Assembly (NCBI GenBank): GCA_045863395.1
Contig: BTVJ01000004.1
Location: 96,001 to 160,000, forward strand
Direction of reading: 5' to 3'
Origin: Myxococcales bacterium
GTDB taxonomy: Bacteria > Myxococcota_A > UBA9042 > JABWCM01 > BTVJ01
Length of the DNA: 64,000 nt
Part shown: positions 8,868 through 18,147 of the stretch, piece by piece
Position numbering within the stretch: position 1 is the first letter of the stretch
How the letters are laid out: each line of letters opens with the position of its first letter
Made by a program: the position numbers and the translations under genes
The notes under the pieces: model-generated
Database searches by the model: none
What the model was told of the DNA's origin: nothing
The model's input: only the letters and a program-made list of their open reading frames with translations

Positions 8868-11324
8868 CTACCTCAGCTCGTTGGTCCACACGCAGCGGTA
8901 GGGGTACTGGTAGGAGGTGCTGTTGATCTTGTACGCCCACGTCGAGTAGGTCGAGTACTGCCCCGTGAAGCTCGTGTCCACGCCGCTCCACTTGATGATG
9001 CCCGACAGGAACTGGGTGTCGTTGTACCCCTCCTGGTCGCTGGACCAGATCCAACTGTTGGACCCGTTGGGCAGGCCTTCGCGGATCAACTCCGTCAGGT
9101 CCCGCTCCGACGCCAGGTGGCCAGAGAGGTCATTGCAGGCCTTCACTGCCAGGTGGAAGCGCGTCGCTGCGCGGTCCGTGCTGTCCATCCACATCTTGAC
9201 CTTGCCGCCGCCCTTGGTGGACAGGAAGCAGCCCCCGTTGCACGCCGACGGCCCCGCGTAGGCTTGGTCCACCGGGTAGTAGACGCAGCGGTAGGGCCGC
9301 CCGCTCTCCGTGCGGTAGGACCACGTCGCGTAGGTCGAGTAGTAGTCGCTGAAGCTCTTGTCCGTCCCCGACCACTTGCTGATGCCCACCAGGAACTGGG
9401 TTCCGTTCCAGCCTTGCTGGTCGCTGGTCCAGAGCCAGTTGTTGGAGCCGTTCGGGAGGCCCTCGGAGATCAGCTCGTGGAGGTCGCGGGACGTGGGCAG
9501 GTGGCCGCCGCCGTTCCAGCAGGTGCTGGTCGCCGCCTGGAGGGTCGCGCTCGCCAGGTCCGTGGTCGTGGACTTGAGCTTCGTGGTCGGGGTCACCCAC
9601 TCGTTGGTGATGGTGTTGGGGTGCGTCCCCGCGTCGTAGTTGACGCCGACGCACCGGAAGCGCGCCTCGTAGCCCGTCGCCTTGTAGGCCCACGTGGCAT
9701 AGGCGGAGTAGCTGTCGTCGAAGCCGGTGTTCACCCCGCTCCAGCGCACGACGCCCGTGAGGAAATTGGTGCCGTTGTAGCCCTGGCCGTCGCTGGTCCA
9801 GAGCCAGTCGTTCGACCCGTTGGGCAGCCCACGCATGATCTCCTCGGAGAGGTCCCGCTCCCACGCCAGGTGCGCGCGGTAGAAGGCACACTCGCGGACG
9901 GCCACGTTGTACGAGGTCGGGGGGCGGTCCCACAGGTCCACGTTGTAGCGGTCCCCCTCCCGCTTCGCCAACCAGCAGGGGTTGCCCGCCGGCCCGTGGC
10001 AGTTCTTGCCGGTGAAGCTCGTCGGGGCCGCCGGCGGGAAGATGCACCGGTATGCGCGCACCGTGCTGTCCGCCGAATAGGAGATGTCCCCGTTGTCGAG
10101 GCGCCCGACGATGTGTGCGCCCGCGTACTCCTCGATGATCCCCCAGAGCCAGGCCGACGTGTAGGCGGTCCCCACCTCGGCGGTGCCGGTGTAGCTGACC
10201 CGCGACAGCTCCGTGGCGGTCGGCAGCCTGCCCCCGGCCGCCTCGCACGTCGCCTTGGCGTTGGCCCAGGTGGCGGTCGGCCGCTCGTGCCCGTCCCAGG
10301 TGGCGCCCCACGAGTCGACCAGGGAGTAGCCGAGCCCCTGCGTGGTGCCGCCCGAGGCGACGACGACGCAGGCGAACGCGCTCCCGTCCCACTGGAGGGC
10401 CTTGCCCGGACCGACGCAGGACGGCGGAGTCGGCAGCCCCGCTCCCGACACACACACCCACGCGCTGCCGTTCCACTGCGGCGACTGCCCGGACGAGCAG
10501 CTCAAGGCCCCGAGCGCGTCCTTGTCGGGGCAGTTGCCCGCCGCCGTGCAGACGGTGCTGCCGCCGGCGCTCAGCGTCCCCGTGACGGTCACGTTGCCAG
10601 TGATGGTTCCCCCGGTCTTGCCGTTCACCGTGTTCAGGGCCGGCCCCACGGCCGCGACGGCCTCGGCGTCCGTGTAGCGGTCGTGGTGCAGCGGGTTGCC
10701 CGCCCCCTTCGCTCCCATCGCCGCGACCGCCTCCGCGTTGGTGTACCGGTCGTGGTGCAGCGGGTTGCCGGCGGCCTTGGCGCCCATGGCGGCGACGGCC
10801 TCCGCGTTGGTGTAGCGCGTGTGGTGGGCGCTGGCGTCGGCCGCGTGGGCGTCCAGCTCCGCCTGGGTGGCCGGGTCGAAGGCGAGCTCGCCGATGGCCA
10901 CGCACCCGCTGCACGCGAGATCCCCGGCCTGGTCCGCGCTGACCGCAGAGCGCGCCCGGAACGCGAAGGCGACGGTCCGGAGCGCCGATCGCGGCAGCTC
11001 GGGCTCACCCGCGACGGACACTCCGACCCACACGTCCCCGTTGTCGCGGAACAGCGTGGCGGGGATGGGCGTGCCCTGCCCGAGCACCACGTCGAGCACC
11101 CCGCCCGAGACCTGCACCGCAGGCATGGTCTCGGTCCAGAGCACGGTGGAGCTCGACTGGGACGGGTAGAGCTTGATGGTCAGGGAGTACGTCCCGTTGA
11201 GGGGCGCCCCCCCCGCGGTCTGGAGCGCCGCCTGCAGGGCGACCGTGCTCGGCACGTCCGCGGCCCGGGCAGGTGACAAGAGAACGGAGAACGACAGGAA
11301 CGCGGTGGCGATGGCCTTGCGCAC
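8868..11324 (-). CDS. Secreted fibre-like protein with four C-type-lectin/DUF1566-like repeats
   Basis: Signal peptide (ARA). The N-terminus is homologous to the 4252 and 23239 genes. It has a 3x HH-containing repeat and four A..xC...G.HL....L...GLPNGSN.W.W.SD...YRCV units. Confidence 0.7.
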   Translation of the reverse strand: MRKAIATAFLSFSVLLSPARAADVPSTVALQAALQTAGGAPLNGTYSLTIKLYPSQSSSTVLWTETMPAVQVSGGVLDVVLGQGTPIPATLFRDNGDVWVGVSVAGEPELPRSALRTVAFAFRARSAVSADQAGDLACSGCVAIGELAFDPATQAELDAHAADASAHHTRYTNAEAVAAMGAKAAGNPLHHDRYTNAEAVAAMGAKGAGNPLHHDRYTDAEAVAAVGPALNTVNGKTGGTITGNVTVTGTLSAGGSTVCTAAGNCPDKDALGALSCSSGQSPQWNGSAWVCVSGAGLPTPPSCVGPGKALQWDGSAFACVVVASGGTTQGLGYSLVDSWGATWDGHERPTATWANAKATCEAAGGRLPTATELSRVSYTGTAEVGTAYTSAWLWGIIEEYAGAHIVGRLDNGDISYSADSTVRAYRCIFPPAAPTSFTGKNCHGPAGNPCWLAKREGDRYNVDLWDRPPTSYNVAVRECAFYRAHLAWERDLSEEIMRGLPNGSNDWLWTSDGQGYNGTNFLTGVVRWSGVNTGFDDSYSAYATWAYKATGYEARFRCVGVNYDAGTHPNTITNEWVTPTTKLKSTTTDLASATLQAATSTCWNGGGHLPTSRDLHELISEGLPNGSNNWLWTSDQQGWNGTQFLVGISKWSGTDKSFSDYYSTYATWSYRTESGRPYRCVYYPVDQAYAGPSACNGGCFLSTKGGGKVKMWMDSTDRAATRFHLAVKACNDLSGHLASERDLTELIREGLPNGSNSWIWSSDQEGYNDTQFLSGIIKWSGVDTSFTGQYSTYSTWAYKINSTSYQYPYRCVWTNELR
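10650..10826 (-). repeat. Coding tandem repeat, 69-bp (23-aa) period, about 2.6 copies
   Basis: HH(T/D)RYT(N/D)AEAVAA(M/V)G...; GTGGTG recurs at 10683, 10752 and 10821. Confidence 0.85.
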
Positions 11325-11378
11325 GACGGTACCTCCACGAGGGGTGCCGCTTCAACCTACGGGGGTCGCGAGCCGATT

Positions 11379-12584
11379 TCAACTCGCCGGCGGCGGAGTC
11401 GCTGCCACGTCGGCGAGACAGGCCAGAATCGCCGCAGCGAGGGACACGTAGTCGGCAGGCTCGTTGTAGAGCTGCGCCGAGAGGCGCACCAGGCGCGCTG
11501 GCGGAGCTGGCCAGCAGGAGACGGGGATCTCGATGGAGAAGCGGTCCAGGAGGGCGTCCTGAAGCGGATCCGTGCGAAAGGGAGAGCGAGGCGCGGTGGA
11601 ATCGCCAGGAGGCAGCAGAATCGAGGCCATGGAGCCGATCATCCCGTCGGGGCACGGGAGCGGAACACTCAGCGCGACGGCCACTACACGCCGCGCCTCC
11701 AGGGCCAGGGAGCGGTTGCGCTCGAGGAGGGAGGCGAGCCCCCCTGGGAGGGCCCCACGCAGGAAGGCGATGGCCGCAGGCACGGAGAGCATCGCCGTCG
11801 GATCCGCCGTCCCGGTCCAGTCGGCCTCGACGCGGAACCGGGACCGCCCCTCCAGGGGCGCATTGGCCCCGTGGCTGATGGAGAGGGGCCGGACCCCAGC
11901 CTGGCGGTCGCGCCGGACGTGCAGGAAGGCGGCCCCCTTCGGGGCGCACACCCACTTGTGGAGGTTTCCCGTGTAGTACGCGGCCCCGATGGACTGGAGA
12001 TCCAGTGGGACCATCCCCGGGGCGTGGGCCCCATCGACGAGCACGTCGATGCCCCGGTCCGCAGCCGCCCGGACGATGCCCTCGATGGGGAGCACGAGAG
12101 CCGTGGGGCTGGTCACGTGATCCACGAGCACGAGGCGCGTGCGGTCCGTGAGCGCCGCCTCGATTGCGGAGGCCGCCTCGTCCGGCCCCCCAAGGGGGAA
12201 CGGCACGCGCGCGACCACGACCCGAGCTCCGGCCGCGGCAGCGACCACCTCCAGGGCGTTGCGGCAGGCGTTGTACTCGTGGTCCGTAGTGACGAGCTCG
12301 TCGCCGGGCCGCAGATGCAGCGAGCGGAGCACCGTATTGACCCCGGCGGTGGCGTTGGGCACGAAGGCCAGGTCGTCCGGGTCCGCCCCGACGAGGTCCC
12401 CGAGGGTCGCGCGCGCCTCGTCGGCCAGGCGCGGCAGCTCCCGCATGAAGAAGCGCACCGGCTCCCGCTCCATGCGGCTGCGCAGCTCGGCCTGCGCGTC
12501 GAGCACGGCGCGGGGGCACGCGCCGAAGGAGCCGTGGTTCAGGTAGGTGATGTGCGGGTCCAGGGTCCAGAGGTCTCTCATCAT
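11379..12584 (-). CDS. PLP-dependent class V aminotransferase (isopenicillin N epimerase / Egt2-like C-S lyase family)
   Basis: YLNHGSFGACP, VPNATAGVN, VDHVTSPT, VDGAHAPG and GNLHKWVCAPKG (PLP Lys). ATG at 12584. Confidence 0.88.
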   Translation of the reverse strand: MMRDLWTLDPHITYLNHGSFGACPRAVLDAQAELRSRMEREPVRFFMRELPRLADEARATLGDLVGADPDDLAFVPNATAGVNTVLRSLHLRPGDELVTTDHEYNACRNALEVVAAAAGARVVVARVPFPLGGPDEAASAIEAALTDRTRLVLVDHVTSPTALVLPIEGIVRAAADRGIDVLVDGAHAPGMVPLDLQSIGAAYYTGNLHKWVCAPKGAAFLHVRRDRQAGVRPLSISHGANAPLEGRSRFRVEADWTGTADPTAMLSVPAAIAFLRGALPGGLASLLERNRSLALEARRVVAVALSVPLPCPDGMIGSMASILLPPGDSTAPRSPFRTDPLQDALLDRFSIEIPVSCWPAPPARLVRLSAQLYNEPADYVSLAAAILACLADVAATPPPAS

Positions 12585-12719
12585 GGGGCGCGATTGTACT
12601 CGCCCATGCCGCCCCGTCGAGGGCCCCGATCGGGCAGCGCCGTTCCGGAGGGCTCGACAGCCGCGGGGTGCTGCTGCATCCTCTGGCGCGGGGTACGTCA
12701 TGACTACACGGAGGGCTTC

Positions 12720-13862
12720 ATGAACGCGAGCAGATGGGTCGGGGCCTTGACGCTGGCCGCGCTGATCGGCGCCGGCTGCGAGACCGAGGAGACCGGGGGC
12801 ACGAGCGACGCCGGGAGCGGCGCCGTGGACACGGGCAGCGGGGCGACCAGCGACGCGGCCGGCGACGCGGCGGCGGACTCGGGCGGCACCCCCGGGGCGG
12901 ACACGGTGGGCTCGACCGACGTGGGGCTCACGGACACGCTGGGCGACGGGACCGCGGCCGGCCCGGACAAGAAGACCGCGCTGCTCTCCATCGCCACCAT
13001 CATCGCGCCGGACCTGCCCATCCAGTTCATCTCCGTGTCCACGTACACGCCCAACGCAGACCCGACGACGGGGGGCACCATCCACTTCGAGCTCCAGCCG
13101 CTCCAGACGGCGCCGGGCAAGGCCACGCGCGAGCCCGTGGGGGACGTCATCGAGGCGGACGGCACCGTGGACGGAAAGGGGGGCCTCATCCTGGACGTGG
13201 GGACCCAGCAGGTGGTCGGCGACGCCAACCCGGTCAGCGGCAGCGACATCGAGGCGACCCTCAAGCTCATCGGCCGCGTCGTGTCGCCTGATCTGTCGTG
13301 TGGCACCATCCAGGGCAGCGTCACAAAGCCCTTCGAGGCGCCGCTCGCCGGCTCCACCTGGGCCGCGATCACCATCACCGACACCACCCCGGCGAACCTG
13401 CCGGACCCCGTCGGCAAGTGCCCCGGCGACGGGCCAGACACGGACGCCGTCTCCCACGACGTCGCCTCCCACGACGTGGTGGGGCACGACGTGGCCCCCC
13501 ACGAGGCGGGCACGTGGGACGCAGGCGCCTTCGATGCCGGCGCGCCAGTGACCTTCGAGGCCGTCTGGGCGATCCTGGAGAGCTACTCCTGCACCAATGG
13601 GTACTGCCACGGCAGCGGCGCCGGCTACCTCCAGATGTCGTCACAGGAGGGCGCCTACGCGGCCCTCTACGCCGTCGACTCCTTCTGCGACGGGACGAAG
13701 CTGGTCGACCCTGGCAACGCGGCGGCCAGCCTCCTGTACTTGAAGGTCGTCCCCGGGAAGCCCTCCCCCTGCGGCGCCAAGATGCCCAAGGACGCCGGCG
13801 AGATGGACGCGGACGACGCCCTGGTGATCCGCAAGTGGATCGAGGCCGGCGCGATGCCGTGA
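12720..13862 (+). CDS. Lipoprotein with a C-terminal c-type cytochrome-like domain (CX4CH)
   Basis: GGAGGG RBS, lipobox IGAGC, acidic linker, then CTNGYCH...VDPGNAAASLLY...MP...IRKWIEAGA, which resembles planctomycete-type cytochrome c. Confidence 0.65.
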   Translation: MNASRWVGALTLAALIGAGCETEETGGTSDAGSGAVDTGSGATSDAAGDAAADSGGTPGADTVGSTDVGLTDTLGDGTAAGPDKKTALLSIATIIAPDLPIQFISVSTYTPNADPTTGGTIHFELQPLQTAPGKATREPVGDVIEADGTVDGKGGLILDVGTQQVVGDANPVSGSDIEATLKLIGRVVSPDLSCGTIQGSVTKPFEAPLAGSTWAAITITDTTPANLPDPVGKCPGDGPDTDAVSHDVASHDVVGHDVAPHEAGTWDAGAFDAGAPVTFEAVWAILESYSCTNGYCHGSGAGYLQMSSQEGAYAALYAVDSFCDGTKLVDPGNAAASLLYLKVVPGKPSPCGAKMPKDAGEMDADDALVIRKWIEAGAMP

Positions 13863-13881
13863 GTGGCGTCCCTGCGGCGCG

Positions 13882-15177
<1,296 letters not shown>

Positions 15178-15197
15178 CCTTGTCACCTCCCTGCGCG

Positions 15198-15222
15198 ATG
15201 TCCATGGCGCGCCTCTGGACAT
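15198..15222. promoter_or_regulatory. Inverted repeat ATGTCCA-N11-TGGACAT, candidate operator in the divergent promoter
   Basis: Perfect 7-bp arms between the divergent oxidoreductase gene and the cytochrome operon. Confidence 0.45.
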
Positions 15223-15362
15223 GGAGGCACAAAGGTGTAGCATCGAGCCAACGTCGCCGCCAGACCGAGGTGGTGGGCGGCGACGCCTCGAGGGACCCGA
15301 CGGGAGACCCCGCCTCGCCCCTCCGACGGCCCCGGAGGCCGCAGGAACCGAGGAGCGGTACC

Positions 15363-17150
15363 GTGACGCGACGCGTTGCGTGGGCAGTCGCCCTTGCTTG
15401 GGCCTTCGCGAGTCCGGCCCGCGCGGACTGGGTCAGCCCCGGCCCGCTCGCGAGCGCCCACGCCGACCTCGACCAGAGCGACCGCTGCGACAAGTGCCAC
15501 GACCCGGGAGCCGGAGTCAGCGCGCGGCGCTGCGTCGCGTGCCACGAGCACGCCGCCGGCCCGCCTGCCGCGCGCGAGACCTGGCACTTCCGGGAGCAGG
15601 TCAAGGGCTCGGGCAAGGCCTGCGCAGACTGCCACCGCGACCACAAGGGCCGCACCTACCCGCTGATCCGGTGGACGCCCCCCGCGGACTTCGATCACAA
15701 GACGACGGGCTTCGTGCTGGACGGCGCCCACCGGGGCCTCGACTGCGGCGCCTGCCACAGCCGCCAGCCCCGCTACCTGGGCCTGAAGCCGGCGTGCGTG
15801 TCCTGCCACAAGGACCCCCACGGCGGACAGCTCGGCGCCTGCACCGGCTGTCACACGACCGCGTCCTTCCTGCCGCCGGCCTTCGACCACGCCAAGGCCC
15901 GGTTCCCCCTGGAGGGGCGCCACACGTCCATCGCGTGCGCCTCCTGCCACCGGGCGCGACCGGACGGCAAGCCCCACTACAAGCCCATCGCCCACGGCCG
16001 CTGCGCCGACTGCCACAAGGACCCGCACCAGGGGCGGACCTTCCTGTCGGACTGCTCGTCCTGCCACGAGGTCGGGGGCTGGCAGAAGACCCGCGGCCTG
16101 CCCCCGGCCCACGAGCCCTCCGGGTGGCCGCTGGTCGGCAAGCACGCGCCCGTCGCCTGCGCGGACTGCCACGGCACGGACCTCGGGCGCCGCGTGGAGA
16201 CCGCGTGCGCGAGCTGCCACGCGGACCCGCACGCGGGGCGCTTCGGCGGCGACTGCGCCCGGTGCCACGACGAGCGCGGGTGGAAGCAGCAGAAGCCCGG
16301 CAGCTTCGATCACGGGCTGACCCGCTTCCCTCTGCGGGGGCGGCACGCGGGCGTCAAGTGCGCGAAGTGCCACGCGCCGAAGGGGGGGACGCCGGTCTAC
16401 AAGGGCATCCCCTTCGGGCGCTGCGAGGACTGCCACGCGGACCCGCACCGCATGACCTTCGCGTCCGCGGCGACGTGCGCCTCGTGCCACGACGAGCAGG
16501 GGTTCTCTCCGGCGACGTTTGGACTCGTGGAGCACGAGCGTGCCCGGTGGCCTCTGACCGGCTCGCACCGCGCGGCGCGGTGCGAGGCGTGCCACAAGCG
16601 GGAGCCCGGCGGGATCCCGCAGCTCGCGGTGGCGGACACCCGCTGCGTCGCCTGCCACAAGTCCCCCCATGGCGAGCAGTTCGTGAAGACGATCACCGAG
16701 CGCGGCTGCGAGGCTTGCCACTCGACGCGCGGCTTCCGGGCGAGCGCCTTCGACCACGAGGCGACCCGCTTCCCCCTGCGAGGCGCCCACGCCAACGCGG
16801 CCTGCGCGTCGTGCCACCGGGGCAACCCGATTCAATACGAGGGGCTGCCGCTGTCGTGCGAGGGCTGCCACGTCGACGTGCACAGAGGACAGTTTCGCAC
16901 GACGGCGCGGGCGCGGCCCTGCACGGACTGCCATGGGAGCGACTCGTTCCGCATCCCGATCCTGGAGGGCGAGGCCGCCGACTGGCACCTCCGGGTGACC
17001 GGCTCGCCGCTGGACGGTGCGCACGAGAAGGTGGCGTGCGCCAGGTGCCACCCCACGGTGGAGCTGGGGGCAGAGGTGGTCCACTGGCGGCTCGGACCCA
17101 AGGGGTGCGCGGACTGCCACCAGAACCCCCACGCGCGAGGTGACCGATGA
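15363..17150 (+). CDS. Exported multiheme c-type cytochrome, 23 CxxCH
   Basis: GAGGAG RBS with GTG start, signal peptide (ARA), 23 CxxCH motifs counted, repeating FDHxxxxFPLxGxH units. Confidence 0.92.
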   Translation: MTRRVAWAVALAWAFASPARADWVSPGPLASAHADLDQSDRCDKCHDPGAGVSARRCVACHEHAAGPPAARETWHFREQVKGSGKACADCHRDHKGRTYPLIRWTPPADFDHKTTGFVLDGAHRGLDCGACHSRQPRYLGLKPACVSCHKDPHGGQLGACTGCHTTASFLPPAFDHAKARFPLEGRHTSIACASCHRARPDGKPHYKPIAHGRCADCHKDPHQGRTFLSDCSSCHEVGGWQKTRGLPPAHEPSGWPLVGKHAPVACADCHGTDLGRRVETACASCHADPHAGRFGGDCARCHDERGWKQQKPGSFDHGLTRFPLRGRHAGVKCAKCHAPKGGTPVYKGIPFGRCEDCHADPHRMTFASAATCASCHDEQGFSPATFGLVEHERARWPLTGSHRAARCEACHKREPGGIPQLAVADTRCVACHKSPHGEQFVKTITERGCEACHSTRGFRASAFDHEATRFPLRGAHANAACASCHRGNPIQYEGLPLSCEGCHVDVHRGQFRTTARARPCTDCHGSDSFRIPILEGEAADWHLRVTGSPLDGAHEKVACARCHPTVELGAEVVHWRLGPKGCADCHQNPHARGDR

Positions 17151-18133
17151 GGTGGGCGGTCCTCGTCCTGCTGGTGGTGAGCGCGCAGGCCGACGCAGCG
17201 CACCCCACCGACGACTGTGTGCGGTGCCACACCGCGGAGTCGTGGAAGGCGCTGCCCGAGCGGGTGGACTTCGACCACGCCTCGACGGGCTTCCCGCTGG
17301 TGGGGCTCCACGCGGGGGCGCGCTGTGTGGCGTGTCACGGGGCAGGCCTGAGCGCGACGGACCAGACCCCCACGGCGTGCGTCCGCTGCCACGAGGACCG
17401 GCACCAGGGGACCCTCGGGCGCGACTGCGAGCGGTGCCACGCGCCGACCGGGTGGCGCATCCCCACGGCGGTGCTCGACCACCGCGCCACCCGGTTCCCC
17501 CTGGCCGGAGCGCACATCGCCGCGGACTGTTCGGCGTGCCACCGCCGCGCCCGGGAGGGGGTGTGGGCCGGCGCCCCGACCCAGTGCTTCGCCTGCCACG
17601 CCGGCGACTGGCGCCGCCAGGACGTCCACCCGAACCACGCGAAGGCCAGCTTCTCCACGAGCTGCGACCTGTGCCACACCCAGTACACCTGGGCCATGCC
17701 GCGGCTGCGCCACGAGCTGTTCTACCCGCTGAGCGGCGCCCACGCGGTCGCGACCTGCACGGGCTGCCACAAGGGGGAGCGGTACGGGGGCACACCGACG
17801 GCCTGCGTGGGCTGCCACCGCCAGGACTACGACGCCGCGGCGGACCCGCCCCACGCCGCGACCCGGATGCCGCTCGACTGCGCGCGCTGCCACACGCCGG
17901 TCTCATGGGGCGCGCTGGCGGGTGGATGGCACGAGCCCTCGTTCCCCATCAGCAGGGGGAAGCACTCCGGGTTCTCGTGCGCCCAGTGCCACACGCGGCC
18001 CGGGAGCTGGCTCGACTTCTCCTGCATGGCCTGTCACCAGAAGGGCCCGACAGGAGGAGAGCACGGCGGCGTCGGTGGATATGTGTACGAGAACCACGCC
18101 TGCTGGGCGTGCCACCCGCGGGGAGACGACTGA
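17147..18133 (+). CDS. Exported multiheme c-type cytochrome, 13 CxxCH
   Basis: ATGA overlap, signal peptide, 13 CxxCH motifs, FPLxGxH repeats. Confidence 0.92.
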   Translation: MRWAVLVLLVVSAQADAAHPTDDCVRCHTAESWKALPERVDFDHASTGFPLVGLHAGARCVACHGAGLSATDQTPTACVRCHEDRHQGTLGRDCERCHAPTGWRIPTAVLDHRATRFPLAGAHIAADCSACHRRAREGVWAGAPTQCFACHAGDWRRQDVHPNHAKASFSTSCDLCHTQYTWAMPRLRHELFYPLSGAHAVATCTGCHKGERYGGTPTACVGCHRQDYDAAADPPHAATRMPLDCARCHTPVSWGALAGGWHEPSFPISRGKHSGFSCAQCHTRPGSWLDFSCMACHQKGPTGGEHGGVGGYVYENHACWACHPRGDD

Positions 18134-18147
18134 TCATGGAGGGCCCG

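Noticed and set aside
8868..10300. C-type-lectin-like repeats as a diversity-generating retroelement target
   Set aside because: No reverse transcriptase in the window and no near-identical template repeat differing only at adenines. A remote DGR cannot be excluded.
11379..12584. Isopenicillin N epimerase as a sign of a beta-lactam cluster
   Set aside because: No ACV synthetase, IPNS or ergothioneine genes nearby, and the family is widespread as stand-alone C-S lyases.
17136..18133. RGD tripeptides at the cytochrome C-termini as integrin-binding motifs
   Set aside because: The paralogue has KGDD, and these codons double as the purine-rich RBS region for the next gene. Chance or coupling explains them.
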